Shown here one piece after another: positions 40,234 through 49,675 of a stretch of DNA of 64,000 nt (position 1 is its first letter; every line of letters begins with the position of its first letter). A model generated the notes under the pieces. The model searched no databases. It saw only the letters and a list, made by a program, of their open reading frames with translations, and was not told the origin of the DNA. Origin of the DNA: Candidatus Latescibacterota bacterium. GTDB lineage: Bacteria > Latescibacterota > UBA2968 > UBA8231. Location of the stretch: contig OZ244561.1 in NCBI GenBank assembly GCA_965217585.1, positions 3,328,001 to 3,392,000 on the forward strand. The letters run 5' to 3'. The position numbers and the translations under genes are program-made.

Positions 40234-40262
40234 TGCGATTGCCCTGGGTGCCGAGCTAGGTA

Positions 40263-40751
40263 ATGAACACAATCAATAAATGGGCTGAGCGGGTATACGG
40301 AGAGACCGACTTCGGGCGGAGTGTGGCGACGTCGGTCTCTGGTGTCGCCGGACTGCTAGTTTACCTAGTGTTCTCCGACTGGGTGATCGCGGCATTTTCG
40401 TCAATCATTACGTTCCCGATAGTACGCCTTACCTCGATGGGGCTGCACGAGCGTGCGACTCGCCGAGCGAAGGGACGCTTGGCGCGTGAAGACGCCAAGC
40501 GGGAATACGACCAACTAAGCGACGATGAGAAGCAAGTGGTGTTGGCCTTCGTCGAGGCGGGTGGTTGCGTTCTCACATGGGGGCAGGTGAATGCGCTATC
40601 TCTTTCCACATCGAGTGTAGAGTCGCTGCTCCAGAGAAAACTCCTTTGGCCTTCAGTGACAGTCGACGGCCGTGAGACATTTGTCCTCGACCCGGCAATC
40701 TTTGACGTGGGCCAAGATCGCAAACGTGCGATTTCACCTCGTGCCGTCTAG
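40263..40751 (+). CDS. Two-TM membrane protein with small cytoplasmic domain (SieB-like architecture)
   Basis: Two hydrophobic helices, then LSDDEKQVVLAF...VESLLQRKLL. Confidence 0.6.
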   Translation: MNTINKWAERVYGETDFGRSVATSVSGVAGLLVYLVFSDWVIAAFSSIITFPIVRLTSMGLHERATRRAKGRLAREDAKREYDQLSDDEKQVVLAFVEAGGCVLTWGQVNALSLSTSSVESLLQRKLLWPSVTVDGRETFVLDPAIFDVGQDRKRAISPRAV

Positions 40752-40770
40752 GCCAACCGAGGAATATCCG

Positions 40771-41649
40771 TTGAGTTCGAATATTGTTATGACTTTTCTT
40801 GAGCTAGGCGACGCGACGTCGCACAATCTCGAGTTCTCCCATCGCGAAAACGTTTTTGTCAGCTATGGAGAAGAGACGATCACCGAAAACAATCTGCTCG
40901 AGATCAGGCGGCGGCATCCATGCCGCGTTCACGTCGAGACGTTTTCCAACGCGAAAGAGGCTAAGAACGGCGCGGATTGGGAGTGGCACATTGTCGGTCA
41001 GAAGTTGACCTTGAAAATGCGAGTACAGGCCAAGCGGGTGCAGAGCGACGACAAGCTGAAGATCAAGCACGAGGTCAAGTCTTCCGGTGAGCAGCAGCAC
41101 GACCTGCTTTTGGACGGGGCAACGACAGACAAAGTGAAACCGCTCTACTGCATCTATTGCACCGAACCCCAGCGCTCGTTATGGACGCAATCGCATCCAA
41201 AGAGTTACCAAACCGGCTGTCTGTTGGCGGATGCCAACGACGTGTCTGTGACGACCAAGAAACTAGGTGAAATCGAATGCAAATGCATTCCATGGCATTA
41301 CCTGTTTGAACAAGCAAGATTCATGCGCTGGGAGCACGAACTCATTGATGTTGTGCCTGGTCGTGCAGTGTCTTTCTTCAGGGATATAGTGTCTCTGAGC
41401 GTGGACGATTCAGGCGGTGCCGATAGAGGACGGAGGCGAGAGGAGGGATGGAATGCTCCCACAATCGCCGATCTTAACAGAGGATGGGATGATAATTTCG
41501 ACTCCATCGGCGTCGCCGAAACCAGTGAAGAAGACCTCAAAAGGTTTCGTTCGGCAATGGGGGGGAGAACATACCTTGCAGATCAAGGGGAGATTCGGGA
41601 CCGCGGGATACATCGAATGCTGGTGATCGACGTTCGGCCGGAGCGCTAA
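40771..41649 (+). CDS. DUF6615-like PD-(D/E)XK nuclease-fold protein
   Basis: GEETITE, EAKNGADWEW, MRVQAKR, PLYCIY; TTG start after GAGGA. Confidence 0.65.
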   Translation: MSSNIVMTFLELGDATSHNLEFSHRENVFVSYGEETITENNLLEIRRRHPCRVHVETFSNAKEAKNGADWEWHIVGQKLTLKMRVQAKRVQSDDKLKIKHEVKSSGEQQHDLLLDGATTDKVKPLYCIYCTEPQRSLWTQSHPKSYQTGCLLADANDVSVTTKKLGEIECKCIPWHYLFEQARFMRWEHELIDVVPGRAVSFFRDIVSLSVDDSGGADRGRRREEGWNAPTIADLNRGWDDNFDSIGVAETSEEDLKRFRSAMGGRTYLADQGEIRDRGIHRMLVIDVRPER

Positions 41650-41715
41650 CATGTGCATGAGACGCGAGGCCATGCGAACGGCGGCGATCACTCAGGGCTG
41701 GCGCAAGCCGGTCCG

Positions 41716-41880
41716 AACAGCGAAGGCCTCCAACTCACCCCACCCCCGCTAAAGCCTCGCCCAATACCCGCACCTGCTCCGCGTCCTCGGCATTGACCGT
41801 AAACAAACACCCGTCGCACCCGTGCCCAGCCACTGCCGCATCCAAAGCCCGCACCAGTTCGGGGGACGCTCCCGCTGAAA
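41716..41880 (-). repeat. Copy of the 3' end of gene 45880..47238
   Basis: AACAGCGAAGGCCTCCAACTCACCCCAC...ACCGTAAACAAACACCCGTCGCACC...GCTCCCGCTGA aligns with 45861-46024. Confidence 0.9.
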
Positions 41881-42205
41881 GGCTAACCGTACGGGGCACC
41901 CTGCCGAAGGACCCGCAAACTACCTTTAGGGAGCTTGCCTTACCCCTTGCGCGTGTTCAGCGCATTGACGATAACCTCAATAAGGAGCCTAATTGTAGAT
42001 GGGGCGCGCTTGGGAAATGGGGCTCGGATCGGTCTGCGGTATTTTTTATCGGCATTTTGATGGAAGGCGTATTGCGACGCTAAGACCCTAGAGATGTCGT
42101 CACAATATAAATCTGAGATCAACCTCAGCGTCGAACGGGAGAGGTCGAAATGATTGCGACGGGCGGATATCGTGTAGCATGGCAGTGTATACGCCTTAGA
42201 CAACT

Positions 42206-42838
42206 ATGACCGTCACAGTGATGAGGGCGGCGACGCGCGATCATAGAAAAGCAACCCTGGACGAGAGCGCCATCCGCCGAGCGCTCCACGGCAAATGCCT
42301 CCGGCATCACCGTAGGCATCCGGACACCATCGTGGTCGACGAGCTAGGACTCGCTCATGCCCGGTGCCGTATTGATATCGCTGTGATCAATTGCAGCATT
42401 CATGGCTACGAGATAAAGAGCGATCTCGACACACTCATGCGGCTACCGCAGCAACTCGAATTCTATGCAATGACATTGCAGAAGCTGACTTTGGTTGTTG
42501 GCACGCGGCACCTTGAGGCGGTCGCAACAATGCTGCCAAGCTGGGCCGGTCTTGTGGAGGTCAAAACCGGCCCTCGCGGCGGGATCTCATTCGATCACAT
42601 TCGCCCGGCACGGGCGAACCCGGACATCGATCCATTTATGTTCGTTCATCTGCTCTGGCGTGGTGAAGCCGAAGAGGCACTGCAGGCCTTGGGTGCGCCG
42701 CGCGGCTCGCGTCGTGCCACGCGCAAGGAACTCTATGCCGGTCTGGTTGAAGCCTTGAGCACGGCCGAGTTGACGGCACTGATCAAACGCGCTATGCGGC
42801 AGCGGCAAGGTTGGCGAGCTCTTCCGCCACCAGCGTAA
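42206..42838 (+). CDS. sce7726-family (MmcB-like nuclease fold) protein
   Basis: DELGL....RIDIAVIN..IHGYEIKSD.DTL.RLP.Q, LLWR.E. Confidence 0.82.
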   Translation: MTVTVMRAATRDHRKATLDESAIRRALHGKCLRHHRRHPDTIVVDELGLAHARCRIDIAVINCSIHGYEIKSDLDTLMRLPQQLEFYAMTLQKLTLVVGTRHLEAVATMLPSWAGLVEVKTGPRGGISFDHIRPARANPDIDPFMFVHLLWRGEAEEALQALGAPRGSRRATRKELYAGLVEALSTAELTALIKRAMRQRQGWRALPPPA

Positions 42839-43883
42839 TGTGGTGGTTGATGGCAACTTCTTTCCAACGTCCGAGAGTGCTAGGACCCTTCTTCTTAGCG
42901 GCGCAATCGCTGATATAGGCATCGCCCCCCGAGAACTCTTGGCCGCGAAAGTTGAATTTTGAATCGCACACGATCGCTTGACAATGGATATACATCTGGT
43001 CCCGATCATCGCGAAACGAACCGCCTTTGCGCGTCGCCCATGTCGTTTCGGTCGTGTAGATTATCTTCCCTGCCGGTTTGAGCTTACGCATGTCTTTGGC
43101 CTCGAAATTTGGGTGGACGATCGTGTAGTCGCCATAGACCGGACGCCGTATGCTGCCGGATAAATTCATGAGCAGTGTTTGGTAGAAGAGCCAATCATGC
43201 CGCGGAATCTCATCCGTGCCCCTAGATATATCGGAAAAAGCTTCAGGGATCGCGGTGCTGACAAGGACGAAGTTGCGAAAGACCATGAGGTCGCCTAGCC
43301 GTGGCATGGCAGCGATCAGTGCCGTGGCGAATACGTCGTAGGGCTCGAAATTTGGGGATCCTAGATCGATGATTAGATCGATTTCGTTGAGTTCGACTTG
43401 CAAGTCCTTTGCCAGCGCAACTAACTTGGCTTGCGGGCTGATGGCCATCAGATCTTCGAGGCGGACGAGGATCGCGGCCCCCTGTCCATCTCGCGCGACC
43501 GCCCGCGCAGCCGCGGCGATCGTCTCGGGATCGGTGGCCAAAGGCAGGGCGGGAATGGCCTTCGCATTGTTCGGCCTGAGGCCGTTGAAGACATAGTCGA
43601 AGACGTGGCTGCCGTCATCCATGCGCCCGTTGGCAATCGCCTCATTGAGCGCGATCCAAGCGGGACGCTGTCCCCACTTCTTGTGATAGCGCATGATGAA
43701 GGGATACACATGCTCATCGACTGTCTTTTTCGGCTGCCGCTGTTCGAAGTCGTACTCTACATCGGGGATCGTGATTAATGGCACAATCTGGTCTTTGACT
43801 GTTTGCTCGAGTCTCTCTAAGGCTTGGTACTCGGCCTGCCGCCAGCGTAGTGCCGGCACATAAGTGTCTTCACTCAACTGCAT
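42792..43883 (-). CDS. Beta-family (T4 beta protein-like) protein
   Basis: YVPALRWRQAE..AL, LIIDL, YGDYTIVHP, FS.GD.YI, WK.VAINHH. Confidence 0.8.
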   Translation of the reverse strand: MQLSEDTYVPALRWRQAEYQALERLEQTVKDQIVPLITIPDVEYDFEQRQPKKTVDEHVYPFIMRYHKKWGQRPAWIALNEAIANGRMDDGSHVFDYVFNGLRPNNAKAIPALPLATDPETIAAAARAVARDGQGAAILVRLEDLMAISPQAKLVALAKDLQVELNEIDLIIDLGSPNFEPYDVFATALIAAMPRLGDLMVFRNFVLVSTAIPEAFSDISRGTDEIPRHDWLFYQTLLMNLSGSIRRPVYGDYTIVHPNFEAKDMRKLKPAGKIIYTTETTWATRKGGSFRDDRDQMYIHCQAIVCDSKFNFRGQEFSGGDAYISDCAAKKKGPSTLGRWKEVAINHHITLVAEELANLAAAA

Positions 43884-45147
43884 CGTCGGGCTCTTCAAAT
43901 TGGGGACCCACAGTGCCTTGACCGACCAGATCATTGAGGATGGTGTAGTCGGCTTGCTCTTTCCTGATCCGACCGGCTATGATGCTCGGATCGATCCCTA
44001 GCGTCCCGGCGTCGATTTGCACCGCTTCTTCCGAGAGCGCAAAACGCGATAAGCACTTACCCCAGGCATCGAGGGGTATCAGCGAGTCGAGGGCGAATCG
44101 GTCGGCGTCGGTCTCGACCTTGTCGCTTTCCCGAGTGCCCTCTTCGTCGAAGAAATCGTAGTGCAGGCCGTCCATAAGATGCAGGAACACATGGCCGAGT
44201 TCGTGGAACAGCACAAACCAGAAATTATCCAGCCGATCATAGCGAAGAGTGAGCCCAATAACGGGCCGTCCAGTATCGCCCATCATAGCGGCCCCATCGA
44301 GATAGGTGCCTGGCAGATGCTTCTCCGTGATTAGTACAATGCCCTTTTCCGCGAGGAGATAACGAGCGCGACGAGGCCCGTCCTTACGACGAGTCAGGGC
44401 TACCAACTTCCCGATCCAGCGATCGTCGAGTTCGAATGCGGGGATCCCGTGCCGGCTGATGGCCCCGCGCGCCCGATCCAGTACTCGTGCTTGCCAGGCG
44501 AGGAGGGCGTATTCGTTGGGGACGGTGCCGCTATGCATCTTTTTCCGGTGGAATGCTGTCGCAAACTGCGGTCCAGCTGCGGTGAGGAAATATTCGCGCA
44601 CTTTCTCGATCGGATCGCCGCCACGCGGCACCGAAAACCATTTCCGTTTGATCATGGCTTTGAAGGGAAATTGCCGCCAGACAACGTCTTCGACAGTTTT
44701 CCAAGAGAACACAGAACCGCGCGTTTCTTGATCTGCTTCGAACAGTTCTTCGATGTGAACGCCGAGTAGGCGCGAGATTTCGATCAACTTCGCGAGGCTG
44801 GCACCCATATAGTCGGAGGCCTCGTAGCGTTGAATCTGTTGTGGCTTGAGACTGAGCGCTTTCGCAAGATCGGTCTGGCTCATGCCAGAGGCGATGCGCG
44901 CCTGAATCAGGATCGAGGGCAAGCTCTCCAGCGCGAATGATTTAGCGAAGGTAATTTGCCCCGCCTTAAGCAAGTCATAATGGGCAAGCTCGGCTTCGAT
45001 CTCTTCGATTTGGCTCTTGAGCGCATCGATCTCCGCGGTCTTCAGCCATTCCTGATCGGATTCTCGCATTTGAGTGACACTGAGGGCATCCTTCAGTTTG
45101 GTGAGCTCGCCGTTTGAGATGCGATATTGCTTGTCGCTATAGATCAT
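43870..45147 (-). CDS. XRE-HTH + ImmA/IrrE zinc metallopeptidase
   Basis: ARIASGMSQTDLA..L.LKPQQIQRYE; DGAA, LRYDRLDNFWFVLFHELGH, E..AD.FA. Confidence 0.9.
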   Translation of the reverse strand: MIYSDKQYRISNGELTKLKDALSVTQMRESDQEWLKTAEIDALKSQIEEIEAELAHYDLLKAGQITFAKSFALESLPSILIQARIASGMSQTDLAKALSLKPQQIQRYEASDYMGASLAKLIEISRLLGVHIEELFEADQETRGSVFSWKTVEDVVWRQFPFKAMIKRKWFSVPRGGDPIEKVREYFLTAAGPQFATAFHRKKMHSGTVPNEYALLAWQARVLDRARGAISRHGIPAFELDDRWIGKLVALTRRKDGPRRARYLLAEKGIVLITEKHLPGTYLDGAAMMGDTGRPVIGLTLRYDRLDNFWFVLFHELGHVFLHLMDGLHYDFFDEEGTRESDKVETDADRFALDSLIPLDAWGKCLSRFALSEEAVQIDAGTLGIDPSIIAGRIRKEQADYTILNDLVGQGTVGPQFEEPDDAVE

Positions 45148-45623
45148 GGCATCACCTGTGGTTGCAGCATCGGATCGGTAGGCAGTTCGACGACCACAAT
45201 CCCTTTCCTGTGGCCGCTGTATCGATCCACTTGGAAGAAATCGACAAAACTCTGTCCGACATCGCTACAGATCATCGATGACGGGAAGAATTCACCCTTG
45301 AACCGCGCTTTCTGAGCGGCCCGCTGATTACTAAAGTCGCGAAAAACCGGATCGAGCTTTCTGGAATCGACACCCGTGGGGTCCCAACAGGCATCAAAGT
45401 CTTGGGGCTTTGGTTTGCCCGTCACATAACTGCCATCAAGAAAAATCCGCGCGCAGCCGGCTGTGAGCAGACTACGGACGCCACCTATGAGACCATTGAA
45501 CAGCGAGCGTCGCCATGGATTGGTCGCAAATCTGTTTGCGACCGCGCCAAGGTCAGCGGGGTGCAAGCCTTGAGGCAAGACGGGCCAGGGCGACCCAGGA
45601 ATCGTGACTAGTGTAGGAATCAT
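45144..45623 (-). CDS. DUF6932-like (Pol-beta nucleotidyltransferase fold) protein
   Basis: LPQGLH, FLDGSYVT.K..P.DFD, FFQ.DR....KGIV; ATGA overlap with the next gene. Confidence 0.75.
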   Translation of the reverse strand: MIPTLVTIPGSPWPVLPQGLHPADLGAVANRFATNPWRRSLFNGLIGGVRSLLTAGCARIFLDGSYVTGKPKPQDFDACWDPTGVDSRKLDPVFRDFSNQRAAQKARFKGEFFPSSMICSDVGQSFVDFFQVDRYSGHRKGIVVVELPTDPMLQPQVMP

Positions 45624-45626
45624 ATC

Positions 45627-45659
45627 TACAACAATAATGTTGTAATCGTGGTTTGTCAA
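45627..45659 (-). promoter_or_regulatory. sigma70 promoter with overlapping palindromic operator
   Basis: TTGACA-17bp-TATTGT, 7 bp before ATG 45623; TACAACA-4bp-TGTTGTA covers the -10. Confidence 0.72.
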
Positions 45660-45879
45660 TAGCGGGTGCGGGGTGATCTAGGCGCTAACGTAGGTTTTGA
45701 TTTATTCTGACTGAAAATGACGGAGCGAACGCATCGTTGAACATGTTGGGAATGAGAGATTCCGTCGTACGGAGGCGCTCCTAGGCGAAGTACGGATTCG
45801 GGGAGGGGCCATCCCTTGCTGGCTGCGGCCCACTCGGACGTTCGGGGGCTACTGTATCATAACAGCTAAGACTTCCAAC

Positions 45880-47238
45880 TCACCCCACGCCCGCCAAAGC
45901 CTCCCCCAACATCCTCACCTGCTCTTCGTCCTCGGCATTAACCGTAAACAAACACCCGTCGCACCCATGCCCGGCCACCGCCTCGCCCAATATCCGAACC
46001 AACTCGGGGGCCGCTCCCGCTGAGAGGGGCGGATACAGCGGCACCGTCCCACTGGTCTGCGCTTTTAAGCGAGCCACTTCCCGCTCGTACAGGGCGGCGA
46101 TCGGCAAAGGACCTTCCGCTACCCCCGCCGCAGTCTCCGGCAAATCCAGATCCTCCACCCCGAACATACGCCACACCAGAGCTAATACCTCGCTCTCGTC
46201 CAGCCCTTGAGCGTGCCGACACAAAGCCGCAGTCCACTCCCGCGCCAAGTTGGGCACCCCGGTCGCCCAACCCACCACGCTTCCGTGCGAACTCCCCCCC
46301 GTGAGAAAATCCGTCGCCTCTTCCCACTTGCCGTACCAATGCCCGCCCAACAGCCCTGTGGAGGCGGGAAACACATCGCTGCCAAAGACTTTATCGCGGC
46401 CTCCGGCCTCCTGCACGGCGGCGCGAAATTCCCCCATGCGCTCGGCCAGTATATGGGCGCGGAACTGCACCCAATCGAGCACGGCCCCATCCTGAGCCAA
46501 CAAGCCCAAAAAGTCCATCAAGCTCGGACGCCCCGCGGCCAAGGCCCGCACCTCGGCCAAAGTCAATTGCTCTAGGCGATGGCGCAGGGCCAGTACCCCG
46601 CGCCGCATAGCCGCAAAATCGTAGCCCAAGCGGGCGGCTTCGTCCTGGCAGCTAGCACAGCCGCAGGCCATTAGGCTGTGCACATTGGCTGGGGCCGGAT
46701 AGCGAGCGTGGTCCACGTCAAAGCCGTCGATAGCGTAGCGCTGCACCGCTTCGACCAAGCAGTCGCGCGTCCACTCGTTGACCGCCTTGCGGCTCGGACA
46801 TAGGCCAATGCCCCACTCCTGATAGCGCCGATCCAGTAGTCGTCCCTCCAGATCGCGCAGGGCAAATTCGGGATAAACCTCGCCGCCGTAGCTCCACAGG
46901 CCGATGTGCCCCCACACTTCGATCCCCGTGCTTTTACACGCCTCGATGACGCGCTGCAAGGGCGCATCGTCAAAACCGCTGATAATCCCCGCCACCGGTG
47001 GGTACACCCCCTCCGCACCGCTCGGCCAAGCCTCGATGCGCTGACGCCAGTCCTCAAAAGGCCCCCGCTGGGCCAACTCCGCCGAGGCGCTAAAACCCGA
47101 GGTATGGCACACCGGACTTTCGGGCATAATCGTCGTCAGGCCGACGGCGTCCTTGAGCTTTTGCAGGGACTCGGGATGCTGGGCCACGTATTCTGTTTGG
47201 CAGAACCAGATGCGGCGGGATGTATGAGCGGACGTCAT
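45880..47238 (-). CDS. Hypothetical TIM-barrel (glycoside hydrolase-like) protein; anchor of the hotspot
   Basis: LCPS...V..W, YAIDGFDVDHARY, CGCASC; host-like GC; operonic with the Nudix gene. Confidence 0.65.
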   Translation of the reverse strand: MTSAHTSRRIWFCQTEYVAQHPESLQKLKDAVGLTTIMPESPVCHTSGFSASAELAQRGPFEDWRQRIEAWPSGAEGVYPPVAGIISGFDDAPLQRVIEACKSTGIEVWGHIGLWSYGGEVYPEFALRDLEGRLLDRRYQEWGIGLCPSRKAVNEWTRDCLVEAVQRYAIDGFDVDHARYPAPANVHSLMACGCASCQDEAARLGYDFAAMRRGVLALRHRLEQLTLAEVRALAAGRPSLMDFLGLLAQDGAVLDWVQFRAHILAERMGEFRAAVQEAGGRDKVFGSDVFPASTGLLGGHWYGKWEEATDFLTGGSSHGSVVGWATGVPNLAREWTAALCRHAQGLDESEVLALVWRMFGVEDLDLPETAAGVAEGPLPIAALYEREVARLKAQTSGTVPLYPPLSAGAAPELVRILGEAVAGHGCDGCLFTVNAEDEEQVRMLGEALAGVG

Positions 47239-47834
47239 ATTTTGTCTGGCTCCATCCAAGCGACCAATTGGCGCACGATGCGAAAGGTTAGTCCCCACAA
47301 CAGCGGCCGACCCGGTCCCAATAGGTCGAGCGCTGGAAATGCCTGTTCTTCGTCTCGGTGCCGCAGTTGGTACTGGGTCCGCTTATCGGGATCGCGCAAT
47401 TGGTCGGCTCCCGCCCAAAAAGCCGAATCGACCTCTTCGCTGAGGACCAAGGCCGCTGGCTTCTCCAAGCGATAGACAAAACCAGATACCACCACCGGCA
47501 GCATATGCCCAGTCAAATCATCGACCCGGCCCCAATACTCAGCGTCGGACAGATCGAGCCCGACTTCCTCCAAGGTCTCGCGCTCGGCCGCAGCTCGCGG
47601 CGACGGGTCGTCTGCCTCAATGCGCCCGCCGGGAAAGGCAATGTGCCCCGACCAAGGATCGTCCGGGTGCTGGGCTCGTTCGATGAAAAGCAACTGCAAG
47701 CCCCTCGGCGTTGGCCCCAAGACCACGGCCACCGCGGCCCGCGTCTTGTCCGTAGAGCCTACCAAGCAGGGCCGGTGCTGGGCGAGACCCGTCTGCACCG
47801 CATCCCAAGCGCCTATATCCACGGTCGCTTCCAA
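47235..47834 (-). CDS. CoA pyrophosphatase (NudL-like Nudix)
   Basis: RAAVA, WSGHIAFPGG, AAERETLEEVGL, LWGLT. Confidence 0.88.
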   Translation of the reverse strand: MEATVDIGAWDAVQTGLAQHRPCLVGSTDKTRAAVAVVLGPTPRGLQLLFIERAQHPDDPWSGHIAFPGGRIEADDPSPRAAAERETLEEVGLDLSDAEYWGRVDDLTGHMLPVVVSGFVYRLEKPAALVLSEEVDSAFWAGADQLRDPDKRTQYQLRHRDEEQAFPALDLLGPGRPLLWGLTFRIVRQLVAWMEPDKI

Positions 47835-47837
47835 TCG

Positions 47838-49328
47838 CTAAATATCGTCAAAAGGATACAGTTTGCGGCCCAACCGCTTAAAGGCCAGCTTGGCATCGGC
47901 CGGGTCGTGTACCGACGGTTCGGAAATCACTTGGATCTGGCCGGCCCACGACTCAAAACCAGCGCGGAAATGGGCCGCGGACTTGACGCCGACATAGCGC
48001 ATCTGCTTCGGGTCCAAATCCAAGGTGCGGGAAAATGCCGTGCAAAAAGGTTGCTCGCGCTTGTTCACTAACAGCACGTGTACCCCGCCTTGGCGGATGT
48101 GAGCCGAGGGGCCCATGGTGCCATCTAGGCCGGCGTACATAGGCCCGTCGTAGCGAAAGCGGCCGTCGGTCAAGGCCACTACCTCGGCCCGCATGGAGCA
48201 AGGCTCGCCTTGTAACGGGGACGCCTTGCCGCCCACCTCTAAATCGATCACCGCACCGACGCCCGCTTGGTGGCAAGCGGCCACGGCTTCGGGATCAACT
48301 ATGTACAGCACGCAGGCATCTCGCAGGTCAGCCGCCAAAAAAGTTCGCAACAGCCCGGTGCTGTCGCCGGGTGAACCGCCGCCGGTATTGTCGTTGCGAT
48401 CGGCGAAGATCACGGGGAAACGCCCTGTCCCTTCGGCCGCTTGCAGTGCTTCTGCGGTAGAGGGCATGGCCAACTGCCAATCGGCCCGACGCTCCCAGAG
48501 CCAGGCGGCCAACTCGTCGGCGCAGGATTGGGCCAAGGAGAGGTCGTTGTCGGTCGCTATGTACACCGAGGCCCCCATATCGGGAATGTCGGCCAGGGGG
48601 AAGCAGGTGGCTATGGAGCCGCAGATTACGCCGGGCCGCGCTTCAATTTGGTGCAGGTATTCGATGGCCTGGCGCATGGGCGGGTGGGCCGTCACTTGGT
48701 TCATGCCCCAGACTAGCGGCAGTTGGTGCAAGGCCATGGTCGGCCGCACGCCTTCCCGCACTATGCGCACCAGCACATCGGTGCACTCGCGGCCCCTCGG
48801 TGCCATATCGACCTCTGGATAGGTCTCCCGCCCAATTAGGACATCGGCGGCTTCGATCATGCCTTGGGAGACATTGGAGTGGATGTCCAGTTGCCCGACG
48901 ATGGGCATATCCGGGCCGACCAAGCGGCGCACTGCGGCTAGGATATGCCCGTCGGCGTCGTCAATGCCCTCGGCCACCATGGCCCCGTGCAATTCCAATA
49001 AGACCCCGTCGATAGCACCCGCCGCCTCGATGCCATCGACCAGTTCACCCACTAGCCGATCGAAAATGGGGCGGGGCGTTGGGGCGCTGGGAAAAGCCTC
49101 GGCTAACATCGTCGGCACTGCTTCAAAGCTGTGCGCCTCGGCCCCTTCGATGAAGCCGCCGATGGGCGTATTGACCCCGGCAAAGCGCTCGATAATTTCC
49201 GCTCCGTGGAGATAGCTGCGCTCCCGGAAACTGTCCAACGTGGTGGCTACGTTCGTGAAGGTACTGCTCTCGTGGGAAATGCCTCCGATTGCTACGCGCA
49301 TTTGCTGCTCCTTTCGGTTTTTTTGCAT
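47838..49328 (-). CDS. M81 (MlrC-like) metallopeptidase
   Basis: HESSTF, LHGAMV, DIHSN, TYPEVD, DNTGGGSPGD, VKSAAHFRA. Confidence 0.9.
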   Translation of the reverse strand: MQKNRKEQQMRVAIGGISHESSTFTNVATTLDSFRERSYLHGAEIIERFAGVNTPIGGFIEGAEAHSFEAVPTMLAEAFPSAPTPRPIFDRLVGELVDGIEAAGAIDGVLLELHGAMVAEGIDDADGHILAAVRRLVGPDMPIVGQLDIHSNVSQGMIEAADVLIGRETYPEVDMAPRGRECTDVLVRIVREGVRPTMALHQLPLVWGMNQVTAHPPMRQAIEYLHQIEARPGVICGSIATCFPLADIPDMGASVYIATDNDLSLAQSCADELAAWLWERRADWQLAMPSTAEALQAAEGTGRFPVIFADRNDNTGGGSPGDSTGLLRTFLAADLRDACVLYIVDPEAVAACHQAGVGAVIDLEVGGKASPLQGEPCSMRAEVVALTDGRFRYDGPMYAGLDGTMGPSAHIRQGGVHVLLVNKREQPFCTAFSRTLDLDPKQMRYVGVKSAAHFRAGFESWAGQIQVISEPSVHDPADAKLAFKRLGRKLYPFDDI

Positions 49329-49331
49329 CTG

Positions 49332-49592
49332 TCACTTCGACTCCGATAGGCGGGCGAAGACTTCGCCTGCCGTCATGTCCTCAATGCACAGCCGCTTGTC
49401 CCGCGCCTTGTGTCCCCGCACAATGTGCACCCTGCCCTTGGCGACCTTGAGCCGCTTCGCCAGCAGGGCCACTACTGCGTCGTTGGCCTTGCCGCCCTCC
49501 GGGGCTGCTGTTACCCGCGCTGTTATCTTGTCGCCGTCAATCTCGACGCTGTTGCGCCCGGCCTTTGGCTGCACCCTGATGTTGAATTCCAT
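49332..49592 (-). CDS. DUF167/YggU family protein
   Basis: VQPKA, VTAAPEGGKANDA, IVRG.KAR.K. Confidence 0.88.
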   Translation of the reverse strand: MEFNIRVQPKAGRNSVEIDGDKITARVTAAPEGGKANDAVVALLAKRLKVAKGRVHIVRGHKARDKRLCIEDMTAGEVFARLSESK

Positions 49593-49603
49593 GCGCTGCG
49601 CTT

Positions 49604-49640
49604 GCTAAATCGACGCGAACCAGTCCTTGTCCACTTCCAC
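49604..49640 (-). repeat. Exact 37-bp copy of the mrr 3' end (52116..52152)
   Basis: GCTAAATCGACGCGAACCAGTCCTTGTCCACTTCCAC at both positions. Confidence 0.95.
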
Positions 49641-49675
49641 TAAGGACGACGGAACCAAGTATTCACCGTATCCTA

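Larger units (their letters stand above)
38976..40246 (+). mobile_element. ISAs1-family IS, second diverged element
   Basis: IRs CAGGGCAATCGCATTATAA/TTATAATGCGATTGCCCTG; 10-bp target duplication GGTGCCGAGC (38966-75, 40247-56). Confidence 0.95.

Noticed and set aside
31288-41700. Integron with attC cassettes
   Set aside because: The recombinase is Cre-like without the IntI-specific insertion, no convincing RYYYAAC...GTTRRRY sites were found, and gene orientations are mixed.
15752-45880. Prophage or ICE
   Set aside because: No structural, replication, relaxase or conjugation genes recognised.
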